Source: a candidate division FCPU426 bacterium (lineage in GTDB: Bacteria; Oederibacteriota; Muellerivitia; Muellerivitales; Muellerivitaceae). Taken from it: a DNA stretch of 64,000 bases. Below are positions 29,218 through 38,090 of the stretch, piece after piece (the first letter of the stretch is position 1; each line of letters begins with the position of its first letter). Where the stretch lies: positions 14,714 to 78,713 of the forward strand of contig CAVYSE010000002.1 of assembly GCA_963771075.1 (NCBI GenBank), read 5' to 3'. The position numbers were made by a program, and so were the translations under genes. The notes beneath the pieces are model-generated. The model was not told the DNA's origin and did not search any database. It saw only the letters and a program-made list of their open reading frames with translations.

Positions 29218-30005
29218 TGCTTCTTCCTCCCGCGTCCTGCCCTGTGCGGCCCGGGGTTTTCCCGGCCCTTCCACTCTTCCCTCACTTCTTGAAGAAGGTC
29301 CCGGTCCTCATCGGACAGGACGGCTTTCTCCAGTAGGTCGGGCCTTTTTGTAAAGGTATTCCTCAGGGACTGTTTTTTTCTCCAAAGCTCGATCCGGGCA
29401 TGATTGCCCGAAAGCAGAACCTCCGGCACTTCCATCCCCTTGAAAAGGCGGGGACGAGTATAGTGCGGATAGTCCAATAATCCATTAAAAAAGCTGTCCT
29501 TTTCCACGGACTGCCGGTCGCCCACCACGCCGGGTAAGAATCGGACCAGGCTGTCCACCAGGGCTGCCGCGGCGGGCTCCCCGCCGGTTAAGACAAAATC
29601 TCCCAGGCTGACTTCCTCGTCGATCTGGCCCATCACCCTCTCGTCCAGACCCTCGTAATGTCCGCAGACCAAAATCAGGGCGGGCACTTGGGAAAGATCC
29701 AAGACCTTCCGGTGATCCAGCCTTTGCCCCTGCGGGGAAAGAAGGATCGTCCTCACCCCCCGGCGCCTGCCTTTCAAGGCCTTCAGCGCCTTGTCGAGCG
29801 GCTCGGGCTTCATCACCATCCCGGCCCCGCCCCCATAGGGGACGTCGTCAGCCTTGTGATGCTTGTCCGTGGCCCATTGGCGCAGGTCGTGGAGCTTGAG
29901 ATCGACCGCTCCCTTTTCTTGCGCCCGCTTGACCATGGAAACCGTGAAAGGCCCCTGGAAGTAATCGGGGAAAAGGGTCAGGATATCAATCCGTGTTTTC
30001 CGCAT
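29214..30005 (-). CDS. trmD: tRNA (guanine37-N1)-methyltransferase TrmD
   Basis: MRKTRIDILTLFPDYFQGPF...VPYGGGAGMVMKPEPL. A short basic C-terminal tail follows. Confidence 0.9.
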   Translation of the reverse strand: MRKTRIDILTLFPDYFQGPFTVSMVKRAQEKGAVDLKLHDLRQWATDKHHKADDVPYGGGAGMVMKPEPLDKALKALKGRRRGVRTILLSPQGQRLDHRKVLDLSQVPALILVCGHYEGLDERVMGQIDEEVSLGDFVLTGGEPAAAALVDSLVRFLPGVVGDRQSVEKDSFFNGLLDYPHYTRPRLFKGMEVPEVLLSGNHARIELWRKKQSLRNTFTKRPDLLEKAVLSDEDRDLLQEVREEWKGRENPGPHRAGRGRKKQ

Positions 30006-30546
30006 CGATCTCTTCCATGGGATCCGCTACCAGGACCCGGTCCTTCAGATCCACCCGCTTCACCACCGACTTCAAGGCGGGCAGGAGGATTTCCTTCCCT
30101 TCCCTCCTCACCACCAAAACCGCGTTGGCGGTCTCGTCCATCACTTCCTCGACCACGCCGAGGGGCTCCCCGGTGGATGTCTCCACCCTCAGCCCCACCA
30201 GGTCGTTCACGTAAAACTGGTTCTCCACCAATGGCGCGCGGTCGGACTCGGGCACGGCCAGGAAAGCGCCCCGGAGGCTTTCCGCCTCCTCCACGCCCTC
30301 CACCTCCAAAAGCCTCACGACCGCGTCCCCGTCGTTGTGCATGAAGGCCCTTCCGACGGTCACCTTTTTTAACACGATCCCGTCCCGAACGAGGGACAGG
30401 GAGGGGCAATTCTTCAAGCGATCCAGGCCGGAGCAGGAAAGCGAAAGTTTCACTTCGCCCTTCAGGCCGTGGGACCGGACGATCGTCGCCAGGACGATCC
30501 AATCGTTTCGTTGGGGTTCGGGGGTTGGGTTCCCGGGATTACTCAA
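29986..30546 (-). CDS. rimM: 16S rRNA processing protein RimM
   Basis: IVRSHGLKGEVKL and a PRC barrel. Position is between the KH protein and trmD. Confidence 0.85.
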   Translation of the reverse strand: MSNPGNPTPEPQRNDWIVLATIVRSHGLKGEVKLSLSCSGLDRLKNCPSLSLVRDGIVLKKVTVGRAFMHNDGDAVVRLLEVEGVEEAESLRGAFLAVPESDRAPLVENQFYVNDLVGLRVETSTGEPLGVVEEVMDETANAVLVVRREGKEILLPALKSVVKRVDLKDRVLVADPMEEIDAENTD

Positions 30547-30775
30547 CGACTTCCAGGGAGAACTTCAGACCGTTTTTGGCGCAGGCGGCCGAAACCAGGG
30601 TTCGGAGAGCCTTGATCGTGCGGCCCTGTTTTCCGATGATCTTGCCGTAATCTTCCTTGGAGACTCTCAGTTCCAGCACGGTCGTGTCGCCTTCCATGCG
30701 CTCTTGCAGTGCCACCGCATCGGGCTTGTCCACGAGGCCCTTCGCCACGAATTCGATGAGATCTTTCATACACAT
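30539..30775 (-). CDS. KH domain protein (UPF0109/YlqC-like)
   Basis: LIEFVAKGLVDKPDAVALQERMEGDTTVLELRVSKEDYGKIIGKQGRTIKALRTL. Position is between rpsP and rimM. Confidence 0.7.
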   Translation of the reverse strand: MCMKDLIEFVAKGLVDKPDAVALQERMEGDTTVLELRVSKEDYGKIIGKQGRTIKALRTLVSAACAKNGLKFSLEVVE

Positions 30776-30842
30776 CCTTCCGATTAAAGAAAGCGGATGG
30801 CCCACCCGCTTTGGGGAGTGGCCAGCGCTCGTTTCTTTTCGA

Positions 30843-31091
30843 CTAAACCTTGGCGACGGCCTTTTTCAGGAGACCCGCCACGGTGGGGGTCATGACCGCG
30901 CCCTTTTTCACCCAGGCTTCCAAGTCATCCTTCTTGAAATTGACGATACTGTTGGCCACGTTCTTGGGATTGTAGGTACCCAAATCCTGCACCCGGCGGC
31001 CCTTGCCGGACATGCGCTCATCCACCACGATCAAGCGGAAATAGGGTTTCTTGCTGCTTCCCATCCGTTTCAAACGAATCTTGAGGGACAC
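30843..31091 (-). CDS. rpsP: 30S ribosomal protein S16
   Basis: MSLKIRLKRMGSSKKPYFRLIVVDERMSGKGRRVQDLGTYNP. Confidence 0.9.
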   Translation of the reverse strand: MSLKIRLKRMGSSKKPYFRLIVVDERMSGKGRRVQDLGTYNPKNVANSIVNFKKDDLEAWVKKGAVMTPTVAGLLKKAVAKV

Positions 31092-31423
31092 AATGCCTCC
31101 TAAAAAGCATAAAAAGTCGTCGACCGATACACGTTCGGCCCCGTTTCCATCCTATAAAACATCGGTTTTAGGGAAGGGAGAAGGATTCTAAAAACCACGC
31201 CCCCCTTTGTCAAGGAAATAGGCCGTTTAAAAGGTTTTAGCAACAAAGAATGATCGTTTAAGCACCACCCGGAAGGGATTGGATGATCATGTCCGCAAGT
31301 GTTGTGCAGTATCGGGAATGAATCCGGGGGGAGCCGGAAGATCCGGGGGTTTTGCCTTATCTTCAGTTATTAGCTCGACAGATAAATAGATTTGATATCT
31401 GAATTCTAATAAATATTCACTGT

Positions 31424-31451
31424 CGACTGCGGACTGCGAACTGCCAACTAG
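31424..31451. repeat. four tandem heptamers of the NGACTGC type (CGACTGC GGACTGC GAACTGC CAACTAG)
   Basis: Direct tandem heptamers. A near-identical block recurs at 32725-32752. Confidence 0.5.
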
Positions 31452-31520
31452 CTTTAGGGTGGCGGGGTCGATAAAACCTATGGTGTGATTTGTAAGCAAA
31501 GCCCCTCGGTTTTTTTACTG

Positions 31521-31757
31521 TTATTGCCAGAACCATTTCTTCTTCGGCACCAGGGGCTTGTTCGTGTAAGAAGTACGCTTGTACCCGGTAAACCTGATCC
31601 TATCCCGGGATTCGGATTCCTTTTGTACCACGATCACCGGCTTAGGCAGGGTCGCCTCGGGGGTGACACCCACTTCGGGCGCCTTAACAGCCGGTGCCGG
31701 AACCGGGGTGGTGGCGGGGACTTCTTTGTTTTGTTTGATGTTAATGGCGTCATTCAT
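31521..31757 (-). CDS. hypothetical small protein (Pro/Ala/Val-rich N-terminal half, basic C-terminus)
   Basis: ORF with an AAGGA motif 7 nt upstream of the ATG. No recognisable domain. Confidence 0.3.
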   Translation of the reverse strand: MNDAINIKQNKEVPATTPVPAPAVKAPEVGVTPEATLPKPVIVVQKESESRDRIRFTGYKRTSYTNKPLVPKKKWFWQ

Positions 31758-32156
31758 AGTCGTTTCCTTTGGAAGAACCTCGTCATGAAAAACTCTCCCG
31801 GTGATGCTGAATTTCCTAAAGACCTTTTAAGTTAAGCTACGGAGGTTTGGACACAGGGACAAGTGGCGGGGGCTGATAGTTAAAAATCATCCGGGGCGCG
31901 GAGTAAGAAATTATCGAAATGATTCGAATGGGTGACGCACGATCAATTTGATTGGAATGAGGTTCGTCTTTTTAAAGGCTTTCCTGACGACCCATCTTTC
32001 TTGGATTCAACTGGCCCTGGTAGGTTTTCCAAGGGGAATGAAACGATCCATCAGGCCGTCGATGCGGGCGCTAGGCGCCGTTGCTTTTGATGGCTTCCCC
32101 GTAGTCAAATACCCCGGATAAACACCCGGATCATCACGCGCTTAAAGGAACCTGCC

Positions 32157-32687
32157 ATGGCCGCTCAAAATAAAAAAATCGCTCTCTTGGTCGCCAAGGA
32201 TTTCGAGGATATGGAAGTGATGTACCCCTACTACCGGCTCCTGGAAGCAGGACATCCGGTGGACGTGATCGGTGAGGACCCGGCCGGCACGAGGTACGTC
32301 GGGAAGAACGGTTATCCCATCGTCTCCACCCTGGAGATCTCCCAGGCGAACCCCCTGGATTATGCCGGCTTGGTGGCGCCGGGGGGCTGGGCGCCCGATA
32401 AATTACGAAGAAACCCCCAGGTGCTGAAGCTCGTCGTCGATATTGAGCGTCATGACGGCGTCTTGGCTTCGATCTGCCATGGGCCCTGGATCTTGATCTC
32501 GGCGGGCGTGATGAGGGGCAAGAAAACCACCTCGACCCCGGCCTTGAAGGACGACCTGGTGAACGCGGGGGCCCGGTGGGAAGATCGCGATGTAGTCGTG
32601 GATGGCCGCCTGGTCACCAGCCGCAAACCCGACGACTTGCCGGCTTTCATGCGGGAAATGCTGAATCTGCTCGGGGAAAAAGTGTAG
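32157..32687 (+). CDS. DJ-1/PfpI family protein (type 1 glutamine amidotransferase-like)
   Basis: Nucleophile elbow SICHGPWIL, characteristic fold length, and KIALLVAKDFEDMEV. Confidence 0.8.
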   Translation: MAAQNKKIALLVAKDFEDMEVMYPYYRLLEAGHPVDVIGEDPAGTRYVGKNGYPIVSTLEISQANPLDYAGLVAPGGWAPDKLRRNPQVLKLVVDIERHDGVLASICHGPWILISAGVMRGKKTTSTPALKDDLVNAGARWEDRDVVVDGRLVTSRKPDDLPAFMREMLNLLGEKV

Positions 32688-32724
32688 CGGGAAGGGCCGT
32701 CTGTCTGTTGAGGGCCTTCCCTGC

Positions 32725-32752
32725 CGACTGCGAACTGTCGACTGCCGACTGC
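32725..32752. repeat. second block of NGACTGC tandem heptamers (CGACTGC GAACTGT CGACTGC CGACTGC)
   Basis: Same heptamer family as at 31424-31451. The two blocks bracket the small ORF and the DJ-1 gene. Confidence 0.5.
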
Positions 32753-32787
32753 CTCTTCCACCCAATAATTTTAAGCGAGAAAGGCAT

Positions 32788-33498
32788 CTAGGGCGCTCGC
32801 AATACAAAAGAACCGTTCTCCATCCCTGCAATCGCATGATAAGAATATTGGACTGTCAACGACCCATCCGCATTTGAATCAAATACCAGCATTTCATAGG
32901 GTCTTAAATTAACCTCGAACTTGGATTTGGTTAGATAACTTTGCAATTCACCGGCGTTCAAGGGCCACCGGGCATTTTCCTTGCGGAAAGACAAAATAGG
33001 CAAATACAAGCCGACTTTAGCTGAAGAGGTGTAGGAATATTCCTCATCCCCATGCCCCGTATGTCGGGTTGAAATAAACAGGCCAATCCCACAAAGCGTG
33101 AATAAAGTCACGAATAGGACAACCAAAGTCGTGACCCCACCCCAATCGGCCAAATCAAAACCCCTCCAACCCCGGACGATATCAGGCGGGACCCTGAATA
33201 AAGATCGGGATGCGGGGTTTTTATCTCCCACAAAACCGCCATACCTTGTCAGTGTAAAAACCTTCGTCAGAGGGAAAAAGGCGCTCAAGCCCCCGTCGTC
33301 CAGGCTTATGCGAACATTTAGGCTTCCGTTCACCCGATCCACCCAGGACGACTTTATTTCAATTCGGTAAATTCTTCCGGAAGTCCCCGTGAATTCACGA
33401 ACCGATTCGGGGGCTTCTTCAAAATATCCCTTCAGTTCAGAATAATTCATTTGTTTGAGCAAGGAGAAATGTTTGGAAAGGATGTCGTCCGCTTCCAC
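32788..33498 (-). CDS. hypothetical protein with one TM helix (low-GC)
   Basis: Central hydrophobic segment TTLVVLFVTLFTLCGIGLFI. No recognisable domain. Confidence 0.35.
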   Translation of the reverse strand: MEADDILSKHFSLLKQMNYSELKGYFEEAPESVREFTGTSGRIYRIEIKSSWVDRVNGSLNVRISLDDGGLSAFFPLTKVFTLTRYGGFVGDKNPASRSLFRVPPDIVRGWRGFDLADWGGVTTLVVLFVTLFTLCGIGLFISTRHTGHGDEEYSYTSSAKVGLYLPILSFRKENARWPLNAGELQSYLTKSKFEVNLRPYEMLVFDSNADGSLTVQYSYHAIAGMENGSFVLRAP

Positions 33499-33585
33499 GC
33501 GATTGCCTCTTTCCTGAATTTGCAGATAGAGTCTGTTTTAAATCTTGCTTTATTTGGTTGTCATTGCGACGAGTGGCCGCCGAAT

Positions 33586-33623
33586 AAGGAACATAGGGGC
33601 CAGAGAAGGAACATAGGGGCCAG
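33586..33623. repeat. tandem duplication of an 18-bp unit (AAGGAACATAGGGGCCAG x2) abutting the left inverted repeat of the Y1-transposase element
   Basis: Exact 18-bp direct repeats separated by 2 bp. Confidence 0.6.
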
Positions 33624-34629
33624 GCCTACATTTTACACTTTATAAGCTTCTTGGCGAACGCCCGGTCTCTTGCCATCTTCGCCTTGATCCTCGCCCATTG
33701 GTTCCCCACCGCCGAAAACCCTACCCCCATCCTTTTCCCGATCTCTTTTAAGCTCAATCCCGATTCTTTTTTCAACAAGTAAATCGCCACTTCCCTCGCT
33801 TCACGCCTTCTCCCGCCTGATTTAAGTATCTCTTCCGGCTTTTCCCCATACACTTCACCGATCTTCTCCAATACCTTTGCCGGTTCCTTTTTCACCACAT
33901 GCTTCTGGTACTTGGGCACATCCAGGTTTCGGTGTTTTCGACCTACCTCATGCACCTTGCCCAAAAACTCTTCTTTTCCCAGGTAAACCTGTGAAGAAAG
34001 CTCGTCCCAAGGCGATTCTTTCTTGCCCATCCCCTCCGCCACAAAACGCTTATAGCTGTCTTGGGCCTGCTTTTCCGTTTTTCCGAACTGCCCCAAGATC
34101 CAGTCCCTTTCCAGCCAGGTTTCGGCTTTGTCCATCCCAGCCGTCCCCCGGTAACTGCTCCATTTCCAATCCCCAGGCTTCTTGACCATTCGCGCCCTTA
34201 CTGGGTTTAACACCACATACCGGCACAACTCTTTCAAATAGCTTTCCTTCTCCACCACAATCGCCTTGAACCGCCCTTGAAAAAGATGGCCTGAACGGTA
34301 ATGTTTCTTGTTGAACCGCTGGGTGTAAATCGCATTCAGGTGCTTCATGGCCAAGGATAGGTTGGCTTCAGGAGTTTCCAGTAGGAGGTGGTAATGGTTA
34401 TCCATCAGCACCCAGGCATGGCAAACCACCTGGTTCTCCTCGATCATTTCACCCAATATTCTTATAAACATCCACCGGTCGGCGTCATCCATGACGATTT
34501 TTCGCCGCTCATTCCCCCGGGAAGTAACGTGGTACACGGCCCCTTCATAGTGTATCCGTTTGGGTCTTGGCATGGAGACATCTTACAACCTACGATGCCC
34601 CTGTAAAGTGTAATATGTAGGCCTGGCCC
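33616..34629 (-). mobile_element. ~1.0-kb element bounded by 27-bp inverted repeats and carrying a single Y1 (HuH) transposase gene
   Basis: Left end GGGGCCAGGCCTACATTTTACACTTTA (33616-33642). The right end's reverse complement is GGGGCCAGGCCTACATATTACACTTTA (34603-34629), matching 26 of 27 positions. Confidence 0.65.
33626..34573 (-). CDS. IS200-like / RAYT-like tyrosine (Y1, HuH) transposase with a C-terminal HTH resembling the DnaA C-terminal DNA-binding domain
   Basis: HuH motif HYHLLLETP, catalytic Tyr region KWSSY, and C-terminal EVAIYLLKKESGLSLKEIGKRMGVGFSAVGNQWARIK. Confidence 0.7.
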   Translation of the reverse strand: MPRPKRIHYEGAVYHVTSRGNERRKIVMDDADRWMFIRILGEMIEENQVVCHAWVLMDNHYHLLLETPEANLSLAMKHLNAIYTQRFNKKHYRSGHLFQGRFKAIVVEKESYLKELCRYVVLNPVRARMVKKPGDWKWSSYRGTAGMDKAETWLERDWILGQFGKTEKQAQDSYKRFVAEGMGKKESPWDELSSQVYLGKEEFLGKVHEVGRKHRNLDVPKYQKHVVKKEPAKVLEKIGEVYGEKPEEILKSGGRRREAREVAIYLLKKESGLSLKEIGKRMGVGFSAVGNQWARIKAKMARDRAFAKKLIKCKM

Positions 34630-34938
34630 CTTTGTTTTTGTTCAGCGGTGACAAATTAATTGTAAATTCTTTAATGTTAATCGGAGGAACTGCCAATTAT
34701 TGTGCAGTTTTTTAAAAGAATGTAGATTTTACATACCAAACTAAATCTTGGTTTTCCCTGGGTTTCTAATCTTCCCAGAAATCACAACAATGCATCCAGA
34801 AGGGTTAAGGAATGGGGCGGGCAGCCAGGAATGTAAAGATTCACTGGCACGGTAGGGGCAGCGCCACCCAACAGCTGGGGATTCTTCAGAAATGGCCCCC
34901 GATAAATAAACCAAGTTGCGGGGGCCTACAAAACTAAA

Positions 34939-34962
34939 GGGCCAGCTTGGCCCTTTTTCTTT
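34939..34962. terminator. Rho-independent terminator (hairpin GGGCCAGCTTGGCCC + T-run); works on the plus strand and has a weaker T-run on the minus strand
   Basis: Perfect 6-bp GC-rich stem, then TTTTTCTTT on the plus strand. A-rich stretch upstream. Confidence 0.5.
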
Positions 34963-34982
34963 ATTGGAATGCCGCGGATTCA

Positions 34983-35012
34983 GCCCGTGCGAAATCGCAC
35001 GGGCTTTTTTTT
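34983..35012 (+). terminator. Rho-independent terminator (hairpin GCCCGTGCGAAATCGCACGGGC followed by T8)
   Basis: 9-bp stem, 4-nt loop, T8 tail. It sits tandem to the previous terminator. Confidence 0.55.
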
Positions 35013-35163
35013 ATGAGGGGGTGGCGACCTTAGTCTTGGGCGCCATGGACTTCGCCATGTACTCCACCAGGGCCGAACCAGTCAAATGGCGGGTCTGCTT
35101 GCGTTCGATGCGCTTCACGGAAAAAGTCGTCTTGGGTTTTTTGGGCCCTTTCTTCTTCGTCAT
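35011..35163 (-). CDS. hypothetical small basic protein (50 aa)
   Basis: GGGAG Shine-Dalgarno motif 6 nt upstream of the ATG. Lys/Arg-rich sequence MTKKKGPKKPKTTFSVKRIERKQTRHLTG... Terminator hairpins lie immediately downstream. Confidence 0.3.
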   Translation of the reverse strand: MTKKKGPKKPKTTFSVKRIERKQTRHLTGSALVEYMAKSMAPKTKVATPS

Positions 35164-35365
35164 GACATGCTCCCAACCGACGGCTTCTTGCTTTATTTTT
35201 AAGTGGCCGGTTGCCCTCAAGGGGTTTCAGCGGCCCATCCTAGGCTTATTACCACCCAATAGATACCACGCTGGAATAATAGGTGTGCCGTTCTGTTTTG
35301 TGAGGAAGATCCCATCGACAAATTGGATACCCGGAGCAAGAAAGAGTCCGGACAGGCCCCCGTCC

Positions 35366-36676
35366 CTATCCGATTTTCGAGAAAACCAGGCAGCCGTTGG
35401 TGCCGCCGAACCCGAAACTGTTGGAAAGCGCGTGATCCAGGGCGGCCTTCCGCGCCTTCCGGGAGACAAAGTCCAGGCCCTGGCCCTCGCAGGCCGGGTC
35501 CAGGTTTTCCAAATTGGCCGTGGGGGGAATCACCTGATCCCTCAGGCTCAGGAGCGAGAAAAGGGCCTCGGTGGCCCCCGCCGCCCCCAGCATGTGGCCC
35601 GTCATGGATTTGGTGGACGACACCGCCACGGGGATTTTCCGGTTTCCGCCCAAAACCCGGGCGATGGCCGTGGTTTCCTCCAGGTCCCCTGAGGGCGTGG
35701 AAGTGGCGTGGGCGTTGACGTAGCCGATTTGGCCGGGCTGAAGACCCGCGTCCTCGAGCGCCAGGGCCATGGCGCGGCCCGCGCCCTCGCCTCCGGGCGA
35801 AGGATTGGTCAGGTGGTGGGCGTCCGAGGTGGCCCCATAGCCCGTCAGTTCCCCGTAGATCCTGGCGCCCCGGACCTTCGCGCTCTCGAATTCCTCAAGC
35901 ACCAAAACCGTGGCGCCCTCGCCCATCACGAACCCGTCGCGGTCCTTGTCGAAGGGGCGGGAGGCGGCGGCCGGGTCCCCGTTGCGCTGGGAAAGGGCCC
36001 GCATGGCGTTAAAGCCCCCGATCCCCAGTTCGCAAATCACCCCCTCGGCCCCGCCCGCGAGCATCACATCGGCCTCGCCCCGTGCGATGAGCCGGAAGGC
36101 TTCGCCGATGGAATGGGTGCTGGAAGCGCAGGCCGTCACGTTGCAATGGTTGGGCCCCTTCAGGTTGAGCAGGAGGCTCAACTCGCCCGAGGGAATGTTG
36201 CTGATGACCTGCAGGGCGAAAAAGGGCGTGATGCGGCGGTAGCCTTTTTCCTTGAATTCATCGTAGACCGCCTGGATCTCGGGAAGCCCGCCCAACCCCA
36301 CGCCGATGTTGACACCCATGCGTTCGGCGGGGATTTTTCCCCGGAAAGCGTCCAGGCCCGAATCCACGTAAGCCTGGATGCCGGCGTAGACGGCGAATTG
36401 GCCGTAGCGGCCGAAGCGGCGCAAATCCTTGGGAAGGATAGCCTGGGTCAGGAGTTCTTTTTCCGGAAAGGGTCTCAGGGGTTGGTCCAAGGCGCGGGTC
36501 ACGTCAAAATCCCTCACCTCGGCCGCGATCCGCACCGGGCTGGAAGCGGCGTCAAAAAGGGTGATGGGCCCCACGCCGGACTCGCCTTCCAACACCTTTT
36601 CCCAGCTTCCCTCCACCGTGTTTCCCAGGGGATTGGTGGTTCCCAACCCCGTGATCACGACCCTTCGCCTTGCCAT
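35366..36676 (-). CDS. fabF: beta-ketoacyl-ACP synthase II
   Basis: Active-site Cys context NVTACASSTHSIGEA, the His motifs GYVNAHATST and SMTGHMLGAAG, and length 436 aa. Confidence 0.9.
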   Translation of the reverse strand: MARRRVVITGLGTTNPLGNTVEGSWEKVLEGESGVGPITLFDAASSPVRIAAEVRDFDVTRALDQPLRPFPEKELLTQAILPKDLRRFGRYGQFAVYAGIQAYVDSGLDAFRGKIPAERMGVNIGVGLGGLPEIQAVYDEFKEKGYRRITPFFALQVISNIPSGELSLLLNLKGPNHCNVTACASSTHSIGEAFRLIARGEADVMLAGGAEGVICELGIGGFNAMRALSQRNGDPAAASRPFDKDRDGFVMGEGATVLVLEEFESAKVRGARIYGELTGYGATSDAHHLTNPSPGGEGAGRAMALALEDAGLQPGQIGYVNAHATSTPSGDLEETTAIARVLGGNRKIPVAVSSTKSMTGHMLGAAGATEALFSLLSLRDQVIPPTANLENLDPACEGQGLDFVSRKARKAALDHALSNSFGFGGTNGCLVFSKIG

Positions 36677-37394
36677 AGCCAGCCTTTCCGGGGGTTCATC
36701 CCCCGCGAGATTGTAATGAACCCGGGAACGTTTTAGGGGATGTTGATGCTAAAAACCAGTAACAAAACCTTTTTTTCCACCAAAACACCAAGCCATCAAC
36801 TAAGACTTGGTCAAAAACTCCTAAAAATTATCTTTTTGCCCTTCTCGGTGCCATCGTGACGGGGTTGTGAATTATTTTATGACAACCTCACCAAACAATC
36901 CCAGGGGGTCCGAAACCATGACAAGGACAAATAATTTCCACTTGATGGTTCGCAAGAAAAGCGGGGCTGCAGGATGGAATCCCCATCCGGTTTCTAAATA
37001 TACTGATCCCCGGCCGAAAATCCCCGTTGATGCGGGTGAATCGAGGAAACGCATTGAACCGTCCGCCCCCCCCACACAACTTGATCTTCTGGCTGAAGAA
37101 AATCAGCAAAACCAGGAACATGGACGAGTTGAACGAGATCGGAAACGCCATCACCCGGCAGATCAGCCTAAGGTTTCCCACCGCGATCGATATCGATTTG
37201 TCGGAGGAGGCCATCGTCGCGCTTTGGAATTCTTTCAAGGAAAAAAGAATCCACTTTATGGTGGATTCGCCCTACCAAAAATACGTCGGCCAGATGGGGC
37301 CCTGATTTTACCTGCGGTGAGCCCGTCGAACCCCTCGAAGGGGTCCCCGCCTGCCAGGAATTGAGGCAGGCTGTTTCCCTGTTACAATGGCGGC

Positions 37395-38063
37395 ATGGTT
37401 CGACAAAAAGCAATCGTCTCCTGGTCCAGCGGGAAAGACAGCGCCTGGGCGCTTCATCAAGCAAGGCTTGATCCCGGTTTGGAGGTCGTCGGGCTCCTCA
37501 CGACGGTCACCCAAGACTTCCACCGGGTCTCCATGCACGGGGTTCGGGAGGAACTGTTGGAAGCCCAGGCGCGTTCGCTGGGCCTCCCCCTGGTCAAAGT
37601 CCCAATCCCCTACCCCTGCCCGAACGAAACATATGAAGCGGCCATGTCCACAGCCCTGAGTAAGGCCCGTGAGAATGGCGTGACGCGCATTGTCTTCGGC
37701 GACCTTTACTTGGGGGACGTCCGAAAATATAGGGAAGCAAAACTGGAAGGGTCCGGCTTCGAAGGCGTTTGGCCCCTTTGGCTCAAGGACACCCGGACCC
37801 TCTCCCGCCAGATGGTGGAAGCGGGCCTCAAGGCCACGGTTGCGTGCCTGGACCCCAAACACCTGTCCCGATCCTTCGCGGGGCGCGAATACGACGTCCG
37901 ACTGCTTCAAGACCTTCCCAGGGAAGTGGACCCCTGCGCGGAAAACGGCGAATTCCACACCTTCGCCTGGGGCGGGCCCATGTTCTCAAAACCCGTTTCT
38001 TTTCGGGTCGGGGAAACCGTCGAGCGGGACGGGTTTGTCTTCACGGATTTATTACCCGCTTAA
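37395..38063 (+). CDS. PP-loop ATP-binding domain protein (Dph6/MJ0570-like adenine-nucleotide alpha-hydrolase)
   Basis: N-terminal SWSSGKDS PP-loop motif, ~220 aa. Confidence 0.65.
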   Translation: MVRQKAIVSWSSGKDSAWALHQARLDPGLEVVGLLTTVTQDFHRVSMHGVREELLEAQARSLGLPLVKVPIPYPCPNETYEAAMSTALSKARENGVTRIVFGDLYLGDVRKYREAKLEGSGFEGVWPLWLKDTRTLSRQMVEAGLKATVACLDPKHLSRSFAGREYDVRLLQDLPREVDPCAENGEFHTFAWGGPMFSKPVSFRVGETVERDGFVFTDLLPA

Positions 38064-38090
38064 ATACTTGATCTCATGAATTCTAACAAT

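Noticed and set aside
34780-34935. Possible SRP (4.5S) RNA, because of a CAGCCAGGAA segment
   Set aside because: The match to the SRP domain IV consensus (GGAAGCAGCCAAGGCAG with a symmetric partner) is partial and interrupted by an 8-nt insertion. The region is kept only as a generic sRNA candidate.
37027-37305. 92-aa plus-strand ORF in the fabF / PP-loop divergent intergenic region
   Set aside because: No RBS or recognisable domain. It may be real (MDELNEIGNAITRQ...) but the evidence is insufficient. The region also contains a C8 tract.
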